DNA of 44,079 nt, filler included, from Eubacteriales bacterium (GTDB lineage: Bacteria; Bacillota; Clostridia; Oscillospirales; CAG-382), in the NCBI GenBank assembly GCA_045636665.1. It is 3 parts of 3 records of this genome, joined end to end, with 100 filler letters (N's around TTAATTAATTAA, not from the genome) between each part and the next. Parts side by side here need not be neighbours in the genome. Positions count along the whole stretch, not along the records: positions 12,725 to 36,867 come from JAZTXY010000135.1; 2 more parts are not named here. One strand, given 5' to 3'. The translations under genes were made by a program, and so were the position numbers. The notes under the pieces were generated by a model. It was not told the origin of the DNA. It did not search any database and saw nothing but the letters and a program-made list of their open reading frames with translations. Position 1 is the stretch's first letter, and every line of letters starts with the position of its first letter. This document shows positions 18,855 to 28,438 of this stretch, piece by piece.

Positions 18855-21800
18855 CTATTTGACTGTAATCGTTACGGTACATTCTTCAGACCAGCCAAGA
18901 TAATTTGAATATTGATAGGTAAAGGTGTCGGTACCTTTAAAATCACCGTTCGGATAATATACAAAAGTACCGTCTTCCGCTAAACTAATTGTACCGTGTT
19001 CGGGTGACATACCGATTCGATATATATTCGTCGGATCGGCATTTTTATTCAACGTATTCCTTGACGGTGTATTTTGTTTTGCGGCAAACAACAGTTTAGA
19101 AACTGCATCGGGAACCGTTTTTAACGTACCCTTCATAAATTGATAGGTATAATCGTACATCAAGCGTAATCTCGCATCATCGGAAGCGGCGGAAACACCG
19201 AAATATCCAACGCCTTGATAATACATATGGATGGCTTCATCCATATATCCGTATTCCTTACCGTAATAGAGATAGCCCATATACTTTTTAAAGTAACGGA
19301 GATCGTACATAGCCGCGGCATCGATTTCCAATTCAACACACATTCCGTATCTTTTTGCAAGCTCTGATGCATGCTGAAGTCGGCTTTCGGGTACCTCAAG
19401 CGAAAATGCATAGTTGGGTTGCAAGCATCCGACGTCAAAGCCGAATTCTTCCCATCTCGAATAACCGCCTGCATTAAAATAAGGTATCCAGAAAAGCTGA
19501 TAACCAATTTCATCGAACATCTCGTTTACGGCTTTGGAGGTATCAACGTCACCGCCCGAAATTGATTCGTGGAACCAATAAAAACCGCAAAGCTCGAGAT
19601 TTTCGTACTTGTTTGAATTAAACTCATCAATAAGGCGCTGTGCGTAATATTTTGCAACGTATACGCGGTTTGAAAGCGATGTTAAGGAATCGTTCTTACC
19701 GTCAAAATCGATATCGCCGAATTGGACAAGCGTATCATCCATATGAGGAATGGTGAAATACACTTTTAACTTTTCATTCTTACCGAGTGCGTTATTTACT
19801 TTTGCGGCAACCTTGTTAAGAGCGTCCAAATTTTTTCCCTTTGTAAACAGCTCGTCAAACAAATAATTCCAATCAGATGCAATAGATGTGCCGTAGGGAC
19901 GTCCTCCGCTGGGAAGCACTCCCGTGGTGGGCAGGAATAAAAATCCGTCAAACATCGAATCCTTAATTTTGCCGCTTTCGTCCACGTAAGCAACGTAAGG
20001 AAGCATAAAGTTCTCGTTCATTACACCGCCGGTGTAATACATAAGACATACATCATTAACGCCGCCGAGAATATCCTCGGAAGGAGCCGCATAGGCATAT
20101 TGATCCTCAGCGTTATCGGGCACTTTATATACATTAAGTCCTGTAAGAGAGCTTGCTCCGCTTACATTCTTTTTACCCGTAAGGGTGATTTCATCGCTAA
20201 ATACGTGAGAAACAGTATCGAAGCGTATCATTACGTATCTTGCACGGTACGCTTTTGCTAATTTGATGGTTGCCGTTGTAATACCGCTATCCTTGTTAAG
20301 CGTTGGAACAACCTGTCCGGCGATATACCAATCCTTTCCGTTTTCGGATAAAATCAGTGAAACGTATTCGGGAATATGTATACTCCAGCCGACGTTCTTT
20401 AACAAGCGCATTGAAAGTTCACTTACAGAAGAAACCGCACCCAAATCGAAATACACTCTTCTGCCGCCCGCGCTGTGGAATTGATGCCAAATACCGTTAT
20501 AACAATATTGGTCATTAGTGGTTTTTCCATCGGTAAGAAGTCCCGAGTTTTCGGGGTCGTTATTCTTTTCACCCGTTTCGGAATCGATAAACGTTTCGGT
20601 TACAATCTGACAGTCAAGACCGTACAAAAGGTTTTTGCTTGTGTTGTAATCGGAAGCGGTAGAGCTCCAATATTTTAAAACGTCGGTCGTTTCGAATTCA
20701 AGCTCGCCGTAAAGGGGTAAGGTTTCAACCTTTTCGTAAAAGTTAGCATAAACCGCCGCTTCCTCTATCCAGCAATAGCCCATACTCTTAGCAAGGGTGA
20801 ATCTAACGTAACGGACTTTTATAAGCTCGCGAAGTGCAAGAGAAAACGCATAGTTTTCTTGGTTGCAATTTTGCGAATAAAGTCGTTTAAGCCTTACAAA
20901 ATTCTTGCCGTCGGTGCTGACGGAAACGTCGCAATATGTCGGCAAATTAATTGAAGCTTCGCCTCTGTTGAAGCAGTGAAGCTCGAATGCGAAAACGTCG
21001 GTTCTGATCCTTCCCAAATCGACTGTTACAGAAGCGTTATCGGCAATACTTACTCCGACCCATTCTTCAAATTCAAAAGGCGCGCCAACCGCTCCGCCGT
21101 CGGTAAGAAGCGTATCGTTTTCGTCGCTTCGCCAATCGTATTCTTTACAAACCATGGTATAATCACAGTCTTTTGATACGAGCGTTCTGCCCAACGAAAG
21201 ATCGGTTTTGACACCGGTTGTAACTTTTTTGAGGTTAGCGATCAGTTCTGCATCGCTTTGTCGGTCGTTCAGATAGGATTCGGTAACTGCACCGCCCTCG
21301 CCGATAACCATTTTCGGGATACTCGAATAAATAAAAACTTCATCAATGAATACCCATGCCGTAGTACGCACAACGGTAAAACGGATATACTTGTATTCTA
21401 CGTCAGCACTCAATTCAAGAGACGCGCGCATTACAGTGCCTGCCTTAAATGCAGGGATTTTCATATTTCCGAGCGAAGCCCAAGTTTTGTTGTCATTTGA
21501 TCCGCTGACACTTATACTCTTAGGAATATTAACTCCCGCTTCGTTGACCGAAAGATAGGAAACTTCAAACTTGTTGATGTTTTTTCCGTCAACACCGAGA
21601 TCAACGGTAATATCGGTCGTTGAATTATAACCGCTGAAGGAGCCCGAGGTGTAGCTTGTCGCAATGTTATAAACACCGTCGGTCAATTCGCAGTTATAGC
21701 TATCGGGATAATTATCAGCAGGAGCAACAGACAAAGTATAACGTTTGCCTGCGCTCAAAACGTTCGGTACATAAGTAGGTTCGAGTTCGGGTTCGGGTTG

Positions 21801-22079
21801 TTCGATAACGTATGTTTTAAGAACGTGACGCTTAATGAGGATATAGTCGTATACGTCGATTTTACCGTCTATATTCACATCGGCCAATTCTTTTTGTGAA
21901 TCGTCAAGCTCGATTGTTTTTAAAACCCAACGCTTACAGCATACGTAATCATATTTATCGATTACTTCATCGCCGTTAATATCCCCAAGCATAAAGACAG
22001 AATCATCTTTTGCAACACAGGAAAATGACGCCGAGATAAAAATCATTGCCAAAGCGAGTGCAATTATTTTTTTAAACAT
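18855..22079 (-). CDS. Secreted modular protein: N-terminal dockerin, 3 x F5/8C (CBM32-like), DUF4855-type domain, C-terminal Ig-like (Big_9-like) domain
   Basis: Signal peptide; GDINGDEVIDKYDY...DVNIDGKIDVYDY; three LTDG...DLG...RY/KY modules; MFDGFLFLP, GFYWFHE, WIPY, QPNY, VELEID; PEHGTISLAEDGTFVYYPNGDFKGTDTFTY. Confidence 0.82.
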   Translation of the reverse strand: MFKKIIALALAMIFISASFSCVAKDDSVFMLGDINGDEVIDKYDYVCCKRWVLKTIELDDSQKELADVNIDGKIDVYDYILIKRHVLKTYVIEQPEPELEPTYVPNVLSAGKRYTLSVAPADNYPDSYNCELTDGVYNIATSYTSGSFSGYNSTTDITVDLGVDGKNINKFEVSYLSVNEAGVNIPKSISVSGSNDNKTWASLGNMKIPAFKAGTVMRASLELSADVEYKYIRFTVVRTTAWVFIDEVFIYSSIPKMVIGEGGAVTESYLNDRQSDAELIANLKKVTTGVKTDLSLGRTLVSKDCDYTMVCKEYDWRSDENDTLLTDGGAVGAPFEFEEWVGVSIADNASVTVDLGRIRTDVFAFELHCFNRGEASINLPTYCDVSVSTDGKNFVRLKRLYSQNCNQENYAFSLALRELIKVRYVRFTLAKSMGYCWIEEAAVYANFYEKVETLPLYGELEFETTDVLKYWSSTASDYNTSKNLLYGLDCQIVTETFIDSETGEKNNDPENSGLLTDGKTTNDQYCYNGIWHQFHSAGGRRVYFDLGAVSSVSELSMRLLKNVGWSIHIPEYVSLILSENGKDWYIAGQVVPTLNKDSGITTATIKLAKAYRARYVMIRFDTVSHVFSDEITLTGKKNVSGASSLTGLNVYKVPDNAEDQYAYAAPSEDILGGVNDVCLMYYTGGVMNENFMLPYVAYVDESGKIKDSMFDGFLFLPTTGVLPSGGRPYGTSIASDWNYLFDELFTKGKNLDALNKVAAKVNNALGKNEKLKVYFTIPHMDDTLVQFGDIDFDGKNDSLTSLSNRVYVAKYYAQRLIDEFNSNKYENLELCGFYWFHESISGGDVDTSKAVNEMFDEIGYQLFWIPYFNAGGYSRWEEFGFDVGCLQPNYAFSLEVPESRLQHASELAKRYGMCVELEIDAAAMYDLRYFKKYMGYLYYGKEYGYMDEAIHMYYQGVGYFGVSAASDDARLRLMYDYTYQFMKGTLKTVPDAVSKLLFAAKQNTPSRNTLNKNADPTNIYRIGMSPEHGTISLAEDGTFVYYPNGDFKGTDTFTYQYSNYLGWSEECTVTITVK

Positions 22080-22103
22080 AACCGTTCCTCATTTTAAAAT
22101 TAT

Positions 22104-23864
22104 TTATCCCAAATCAGGTTCATCGCTGAAGAATACATTGTTGTCACTGCAACCGTGAAGCTCGAAAACAATAATTTCGTTGTTACCCTCTTTAAGGATA
22201 GGTGCGGGAATATAAAGTGTTTTTGTGGGGCCTGCATCGGTCCAATATCTGCCGACGTTAAAACCGTTTACGGTAACGAAGCCCTTATGGAAGCTGTCAA
22301 GACGCAAGAAAGTATCGTTGGGAGTGCCTTCGATATTTAGAGTACCGCGGAAGAAGGTGCTTGTTTGTTCGGTAGCACCGTCGTGCGCAACATATTCAAG
22401 CTTGGAGAGGTCGTCCATAGTAAGAGGATACATCGTCCAACCGAAAAGATATTGCTGACCGAGTCGCGCGGAGCGAACAAGGCCCTTTTCATTGCTTGCC
22501 ATTTCGGTACCGTAGTTAACACGACCCATATTCTCGATAAGGATGTCGACCTTAACCTTTTCGCCGCGTTTTACAGAAACGATAATTTCATCGTTACGTC
22601 TGTCGCGTTCTTTTACGCCTTTAAATTCACCGTTGATATAAATCAATGCTCTGTCGCGGATAGGATCGATAATAAGCGGTGCTTCGACAGGATAATCAAT
22701 AACGGTTGAATAAAGAGTAAAACCGAAATCGCAACCGAGCTCTTCCATAGTTTTGGGGTGAGAGCTTTTAACGGGAGAAGAAAGATTGTCAAGGTTATTG
22801 AAAAGATTTGCGGATTCGGTAAGCTTAAGCTCGCCGTATGCTTTCTTTTCGGTATTCTTAACCGTGATTTCGGGAAGATTTTTGAAATACTTTTCGGCTA
22901 CAGCGCGAACCTCATAGAAGCGCTTTGTTAAATCGCCTGCTTCGGTGAGAGCTGCATCATAATCGTAGCTTGTGGTTTGAGGGCAATATTTTTCGTAAAC
23001 GTTTGCGCCGTTGTTGAATGCGAAATTCGTACCGCCGCAGAACATATAGAAGTTTACGTTGCCGCCCGAGCCGAGCATTCCGTCAAGCTGTTCCGCTACG
23101 TCATCGGGTTCACGTCTGTGGTGGATGTCGTTCCAAGAATCGAACCAGCCCTCCCAGAATTCAGAGCACATAACGGGTTCGGAATTATCGGAATAATTAC
23201 GGATGAAATCGAAGCTTTCCTTCCAATGCGAGCCGAAGTTACCGGTTTTCAAAATGCCGTCAACCGTACCGCCGCCAAAGAAGAAGTTCGAAGGTCCGTC
23301 GGAGGTGAACAATACAACGTCGATACCGTTTTTACGGTAGTAATCCGCAAGGAATTTGATATATTCGTGGTCGTTACCGAAGGAGCCGTATTCGTTTTCA
23401 ACCTGCATCATTATTACGTTGCCGCCGTTCGTAATAAGACGGGGACGAACGATATTGAAAACCTGATCAAGATAACGGGTTTCGTATTTAAGGAATTCAT
23501 CGTCCATACAACGGATATGCATATCGCGGTGAGTGAGCAACCACGAGGGGATTCCGCCGTAATCCCATTCTGCACAAATATAGGGACCGGGACGGATGAT
23601 GCAAAGAAGACCAAGCTCGTTTGCGAGATCGATAAAACGTCCGAGATCGAGGATACCGGTAAAATCAAACGTTCCCTCTTTACGCTCGTGAAGGTTCCAG
23701 CAAATATAAGTTTCAACGGTATTAAATCCGCACTGCTTAAGCTTTAAAAGTCTGTCGTACCAATATTCGGGTACGGTTCTGAAATAATGGATAGAACCCG
23801 AAAGGATTTGGATAGGTTCTTCGTTGAGATAAAATTGGTTTTCTTTGTAGTTAAAAGTGCCCAT
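22104..23864 (-). CDS. GH35 beta-galactosidase (cytoplasmic, no signal peptide)
   Basis: SGSIHYFR, GFNTVETY, RPGPYICAEWDYGG, QVENEYG (acid/base), SEFWEGWFD (nucleophile), YMFCGGTNF, TTSYDYDA. Confidence 0.95.
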   Translation of the reverse strand: MGTFNYKENQFYLNEEPIQILSGSIHYFRTVPEYWYDRLLKLKQCGFNTVETYICWNLHERKEGTFDFTGILDLGRFIDLANELGLLCIIRPGPYICAEWDYGGIPSWLLTHRDMHIRCMDDEFLKYETRYLDQVFNIVRPRLITNGGNVIMMQVENEYGSFGNDHEYIKFLADYYRKNGIDVVLFTSDGPSNFFFGGGTVDGILKTGNFGSHWKESFDFIRNYSDNSEPVMCSEFWEGWFDSWNDIHHRREPDDVAEQLDGMLGSGGNVNFYMFCGGTNFAFNNGANVYEKYCPQTTSYDYDAALTEAGDLTKRFYEVRAVAEKYFKNLPEITVKNTEKKAYGELKLTESANLFNNLDNLSSPVKSSHPKTMEELGCDFGFTLYSTVIDYPVEAPLIIDPIRDRALIYINGEFKGVKERDRRNDEIIVSVKRGEKVKVDILIENMGRVNYGTEMASNEKGLVRSARLGQQYLFGWTMYPLTMDDLSKLEYVAHDGATEQTSTFFRGTLNIEGTPNDTFLRLDSFHKGFVTVNGFNVGRYWTDAGPTKTLYIPAPILKEGNNEIIVFELHGCSDNNVFFSDEPDLG

Positions 23865-24441
23865 TGTTTTCCTCCGTAACGATATAATCGGACATTTGTT
23901 TTATTCCGTAGTGATTAAAATATCTTTCTTCGGCTTGAATCCAAAGCTTTTTAAAGTTTTCGTAAGCTGATTCACCGTTCCGCTTGATTATGCGCTCTTT
24001 TTGGGTGTTTTCGTCAATATCGAAAAAAACCTTCAAATCGGCATAATCGTTAAGATTCGGATTGTGACTGTAAGTGCCCTCGATGATTATACATTTTGGA
24101 GAAGCCACCGAAACGGTCTTAACGATTTTTTGTTTAGAGCAATCGAACACTCCGTAAGAAAAGCTCTTTTGAGTTAAGTTATCAACGACTTCCCTTTTAA
24201 AACGGATAAAATCGAAATTGCCGTCGTATTCACTTATTTCGAGCTCGCCCTTTCCATTTTTCGGACGATAAAAATCATCGGTATGGATAACGGTTATGCC
24301 GTCTTTTTCAAAACGCTTTGATAAAGTCGTTTTTCCCGATGCTGCCCTGCCGTCTATTGCGATTATTATCGGTGAATCCTTTTCGTTATTTTCAATCAAA
24401 CCGTTTATGATCAAAAATAGGTTTTCTTTGTTAATTTTCAT
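23851..24441 (-). CDS. Uridine kinase-like P-loop kinase
   Basis: IIAIDGRAASGKTT, HTDDFY, IIEGTYS, WIQAEERYF. Confidence 0.8.
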   Translation of the reverse strand: MKINKENLFLIINGLIENNEKDSPIIIAIDGRAASGKTTLSKRFEKDGITVIHTDDFYRPKNGKGELEISEYDGNFDFIRFKREVVDNLTQKSFSYGVFDCSKQKIVKTVSVASPKCIIIEGTYSHNPNLNDYADLKVFFDIDENTQKERIIKRNGESAYENFKKLWIQAEERYFNHYGIKQMSDYIVTEENNGHF

Positions 24442-25291
24442 TTTTTTGAGAAACGATTTTTTTAATATTTTCGAGAACCGAATACGGAATTTGCATCGGC
24501 AGCTTTGCCTGGCCGACGCCTATTTCGATATGCGGCTTCATTTTTGCGTGATAATCGGTACCGCCTGAAATTTTCAAACCGAGTTCGCGGGCAAGGGCTT
24601 GGAAATAGTCTTGCATTTCAGGGGTATATTCGTTGTAATATCCTTCAATACCGCAAAGTCCGTATCCTTTAAGCTTGATGAGAAATTCACGCAAGTCTTT
24701 ATCGCTCAAGCGGATAAGGTGAGGATGCGCAACAAAGCTTACCCCGCCGATATCATCGATAAGCTTAACCGCCATTTCGGCAGTTAAATATTGCGTTCCG
24801 TCATAAGCAGGTCTTCCGTTCGCGAGGTATTTTTCAAACCCCTCCTTAACGCTTTCGGTATATCCCTTTTCCATTAGGATACGCGCAAAATGTGCACGTC
24901 CGATAAGACCCGACGGAGCAATTTTCAACGCCTCCTCCATCTTAACGTCAAATCCGAGCTTTTGAAGATTTACGCAAGTATTTACAGTGCGTTGCCAACG
25001 CACCTTGTTGATATTTTCAAGCGCTTCCTTTAACCTGTCGCATTTATGATCGATATAAAAGCCGAGAATATGTGTTTCGGTTTCGGACTGTACCGAAAAT
25101 TCGATTGCAGGAACAATTTCTACGCCATACCGCTTCCCCGCTTCAAGCGCCTCATCAATACCTGCAACGGTATCGTGATCGGAAAGGGCGATTGCCTTCA
25201 ATCCCTTCTCCGCGGCGTGAGCGACCAGCTCTGTCGGTGTCATCGAGCCGTCAGAGCAATTTGAATGTGTATGAAGATCAATAAAGCTCAT
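24431..25291 (-). CDS. PHP-domain phosphoesterase (YciV/TrpH-like)
   Basis: IDLHTHSNCSDG, LSDHD, HILG, GRAHFA, AHP, GGTDYH. Confidence 0.92.
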   Translation of the reverse strand: MSFIDLHTHSNCSDGSMTPTELVAHAAEKGLKAIALSDHDTVAGIDEALEAGKRYGVEIVPAIEFSVQSETETHILGFYIDHKCDRLKEALENINKVRWQRTVNTCVNLQKLGFDVKMEEALKIAPSGLIGRAHFARILMEKGYTESVKEGFEKYLANGRPAYDGTQYLTAEMAVKLIDDIGGVSFVAHPHLIRLSDKDLREFLIKLKGYGLCGIEGYYNEYTPEMQDYFQALARELGLKISGGTDYHAKMKPHIEIGVGQAKLPMQIPYSVLENIKKIVSQKNEN

Positions 25292-25500
25292 TATTCCTCA
25301 TCCAATCTGATACGGATACCCTTCAATCGCATAAAATGGTTGGAAAGTCTTATTTCCTTTTCGCCCTCGGGTATCGCATCGAAAAAGTGGTTATATCCGT
25401 AAGTGTCTTTATAAACCGCTGGAGTTTCGGTGCCGTCGGTCCAACGGATTATGACCTTTGCGCCCGAATCGAGAACCAAATCTCCTACGAGATAACTCAT
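25291..25500 (-). CDS. Small hypothetical protein (69 aa)
   Basis: ATGA overlap with upstream gene and TAATG overlap with downstream gene, exactly filling the gap; GAGG upstream. Confidence 0.75.
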   Translation of the reverse strand: MSYLVGDLVLDSGAKVIIRWTDGTETPAVYKDTYGYNHFFDAIPEGEKEIRLSNHFMRLKGIRIRLDEE

Positions 25501-26993
25501 AATCCGTATACCTCGGTGAATTTGCTTTCAAGATATTCAACGTAAGCATTGGGGTCAAATGCGCCGCATACCTTATTGAAAAGGTCGGTCGGGTCGTAAA
25601 GACAACCGAATTTCCAAATCTTTTCACGCAACCAATCGTTTATTGCGGTAAGACGGCCGCTTTCGATCGCAGCATCAACGTCGACGTCCTTTTTCATTTC
25701 GTTAAGGATCTGTGCGCCATAAGCAGAGCCGAGCGCGTAAGACGGGAAATATCCTACGTTCGCATTCGACCAGTGACTGTCTTGAAGCACACCGTGAGTA
25801 TCGTCGGGTACGTCAACGCCAAGGTATTCTTTATACATACGGTTCCATTCCGAAGGAAGATCCTTTGCGGTGATTTCGCCCGACATCATACGCTTTTCAA
25901 GCTCATATCGCACCATTACGTGCAATGCATAGGTCAATTCGTCTGCTTCGGTGCGGATCAAGGAGGGCTCTGCTCGGTTGATCATACGATAGAAATCATC
26001 GTTTTCAACCGAACCGAGTTGTTCGGGAAATTCCTTTTTGAGGAACGGAAGAATAAGATTGCAGAAGGGCTTGCTTCTGCCGATGATATTTTCATAGAAG
26101 CGCGACTGACTTTCGTGAATAGCCATCGAAACGCCGCCTTCAAGTGAGGTTCTGAACAATTCGGGCATCGAATTGAGCTCGTAAAGCGCGTGACCGCATT
26201 CGTGCACAACGCTGTAAAGCGAGCTTGAAAGATTATCTTCGTAGTAGTGCGTGGTTATGCGTACGTCTTTTGAGGTGAAATTGATCGTAAAGGGGTGCTC
26301 TGTTTCGCCCACAGCAAAATGTGAGCGATCAATATCCATAACGTCAACAAGATAATCGGTGAATTTTTCCTGCTGAGCTTTAGGATAATTAAGGTGAAGA
26401 ACCGAATCATCGATTTGCTTTGCACTGCCAACGCGAGTGATAAGAGGAACGAGCTTTTCGCGGAGCGCTTTGAAGAATTCATCGCATTTTGCCTTTGTAA
26501 GCCCTCTCTCGTATTTATCAAGGCAAACCTCATAAGGGTCCTTTTCGGGATTTGTGTAGGATGCAAATTTTTTCAGAGTATCAAACGTCTTTTGAAGATA
26601 GGGCTCGAAGGAAGCGTAATCGTTGTTTTCCTTCGCCTTGTGCCAAACCGCAGACGATTCGGTAAGATGTACTTGGAAATCAACCATTTCCTGCATAGGT
26701 ATCTTGCGTGTTTCATCGTATTCACGGTAAAGCTCGGTTACCTTGCGACGGTCGATTTCCGAAAGAGAATCGTGATTTGCGTTAAGAAGTTCAAGCGCTT
26801 CGATAAATTTAGGTGCGGTGATAAGCTCATAGCTCATTTTAGAAAGCTCGCCGAGAGTAAGGGCTCTGATTTCAACGCTTCCCTCGGGTGCAACGGTATC
26901 ACCGTCGTAATACAAAATACCCATTGCATGGTTGAGCGCCGAATTGGTATTTTCAAAAGATGCTATTTCATTAAGTGCTTCTTGAATTGTCAT
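25497..26993 (-). CDS. M32 family metallocarboxypeptidase
   Basis: HPF, DVRITT, HECGHALYE, HESQSR, IRTEADE, LQDSHWS, GYFPSYALG; ATG 26993 after AAGGAG. Confidence 0.95.
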   Translation of the reverse strand: MTIQEALNEIASFENTNSALNHAMGILYYDGDTVAPEGSVEIRALTLGELSKMSYELITAPKFIEALELLNANHDSLSEIDRRKVTELYREYDETRKIPMQEMVDFQVHLTESSAVWHKAKENNDYASFEPYLQKTFDTLKKFASYTNPEKDPYEVCLDKYERGLTKAKCDEFFKALREKLVPLITRVGSAKQIDDSVLHLNYPKAQQEKFTDYLVDVMDIDRSHFAVGETEHPFTINFTSKDVRITTHYYEDNLSSSLYSVVHECGHALYELNSMPELFRTSLEGGVSMAIHESQSRFYENIIGRSKPFCNLILPFLKKEFPEQLGSVENDDFYRMINRAEPSLIRTEADELTYALHVMVRYELEKRMMSGEITAKDLPSEWNRMYKEYLGVDVPDDTHGVLQDSHWSNANVGYFPSYALGSAYGAQILNEMKKDVDVDAAIESGRLTAINDWLREKIWKFGCLYDPTDLFNKVCGAFDPNAYVEYLESKFTEVYGL

Positions 26994-27004
26994 AATTAAC
27001 TCCT

Positions 27005-28438
27005 TTATACAACGATTTTTTGCCACTTGCCCGATATAAATCTATACATCGAGAAAGCAAGACGCATATATTGGTCTATAAGCAGACTTATCCACGCGCC
27101 GAACAAACCGAATCCCAACGGATAGCAGAAAATATATGCGGTAAGCGGTCTGAATGCGCCGATAGAAATTGCCGAGGTAAGCGCGACGTAACGGGTATCG
27201 CCCGCACCGCGCAAAGCGCCGTTATAAATAACCTGTGAAATCTGACCGGGCGCACAGATTATGATGTAATAAATAAGTATTCTTCCGTTTTCGATAACGT
27301 ATTGATAATGCTCGTCGGCAGGATCGGCAAAAAGCTTTACCATCCAACCGCCTGCGAAGAACAGGAATACCATCAGTAATACAGAAATCAAAACGCCGAC
27401 ACGTTGACCGACTTTTGCATACAGTGTTGCAAGGTCGGGTCTTTTTTTACCGAGGTTTTGACCGATAAGCGCGCTTGTCGCAACACTTAAGCCGTCACCG
27501 CAAGCAAATGAAACGGTTATAATATTCATCGCAATAATATGCGTTCCGTATTCGGCGGTGCCGAGGTCGGCAACAAGCTTTGCGTAGATAAAAAATCCGA
27601 TACGCATAAACAATTGCTCGGTTCCTGCGCCTGCGGCTACCTTGCCGAGGGTTTTAAGCAGGTGCGCCTTCCATTTTATCATACCCTTAAAGCTGAAGCG
27701 CAGATAACGGTTTTTGTAAAGAATGGATGCCATACTCATACAGAACGAAGCAATATTACCTATCAGCGTCGCTATCGCCGCGCCTTTTACACCAAGATGC
27801 GGTACAAGCTCCATACCGTTTAAGAACACACCGTTGATGAGTATGTAGTTGAAGCAGATGTTGGTAACGTTTGCGACGATATTCGTTGTCATCGATATTC
27901 TTGTGTTGCCGCTCGCGCGTTGGGCGGCATTGATCATCATACCGAATGACGTGAACATTAAGCCGACCATAGTTATGCGGAAATAGGTGAGCGCATAATC
28001 AAGAGTATCTTCATTTGCTCCCGCAAAGGTAAGCAGCGGCTCGGCTACAAGAATCGCCGCACCGCAAAGCACTATTGCCAAAACGGCAACAAGGCCCAAC
28101 GACTGGTTAAGCGATGCGTTTGCGCCCTCTTGGTCGCCTTGACCCTTACGCCGCGATACTATTGTTGTTACCGCGATACTTAATGCGAAGAAAACCGCAT
28201 AAAATATCATTCTCGGTTGGGTGGTAAGTCCGACCGCGGCAACTGCATCGATTCCCTCGCCCGAAACCATTATGGTATCGAAGATATTTACCAAGCTCAT
28301 AAGTATCGACTCGACCATTGCGGGCCAAGCGATTTTGAGAAAATAGGAATAAATCGATTTTGTTTTGGGAAGCTCGCCTTGAATATTCAATTTTCGGGAC
28401 ATACCCGAAACGGTAAACAAATTTGTTAATTTCATCAT
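27005..28438 (-). CDS. MATE family efflux transporter
   Basis: IAWPAMVE, DTIMVS, RASGNTR, LGVKGAAIAT, GQNLG, LRGAGDT; about 12 TM helices; ATGA overlap with DUF1846. Confidence 0.92.
   Translation of the reverse strand: MMKLTNLFTVSGMSRKLNIQGELPKTKSIYSYFLKIAWPAMVESILMSLVNIFDTIMVSGEGIDAVAAVGLTTQPRMIFYAVFFALSIAVTTIVSRRKGQGDQEGANASLNQSLGLVAVLAIVLCGAAILVAEPLLTFAGANEDTLDYALTYFRITMVGLMFTSFGMMINAAQRASGNTRISMTTNIVANVTNICFNYILINGVFLNGMELVPHLGVKGAAIATLIGNIASFCMSMASILYKNRYLRFSFKGMIKWKAHLLKTLGKVAAGAGTEQLFMRIGFFIYAKLVADLGTAEYGTHIIAMNIITVSFACGDGLSVATSALIGQNLGKKRPDLATLYAKVGQRVGVLISVLLMVFLFFAGGWMVKLFADPADEHYQYVIENGRILIYYIIICAPGQISQVIYNGALRGAGDTRYVALTSAISIGAFRPLTAYIFCYPLGFGLFGAWISLLIDQYMRLAFSMYRFISGKWQKIVV

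Noticed and set aside
22011..22079. Possible lipobox (SFSC) in the 1074-aa protein
   Set aside because: Does not fit [LVI][ASTVI][GAS]C; signal peptidase I cleavage after CVA is more plausible.
22977..23747. 256-aa plus-strand ORF
   Set aside because: Antisense shadow of the well-supported GH35 gene.
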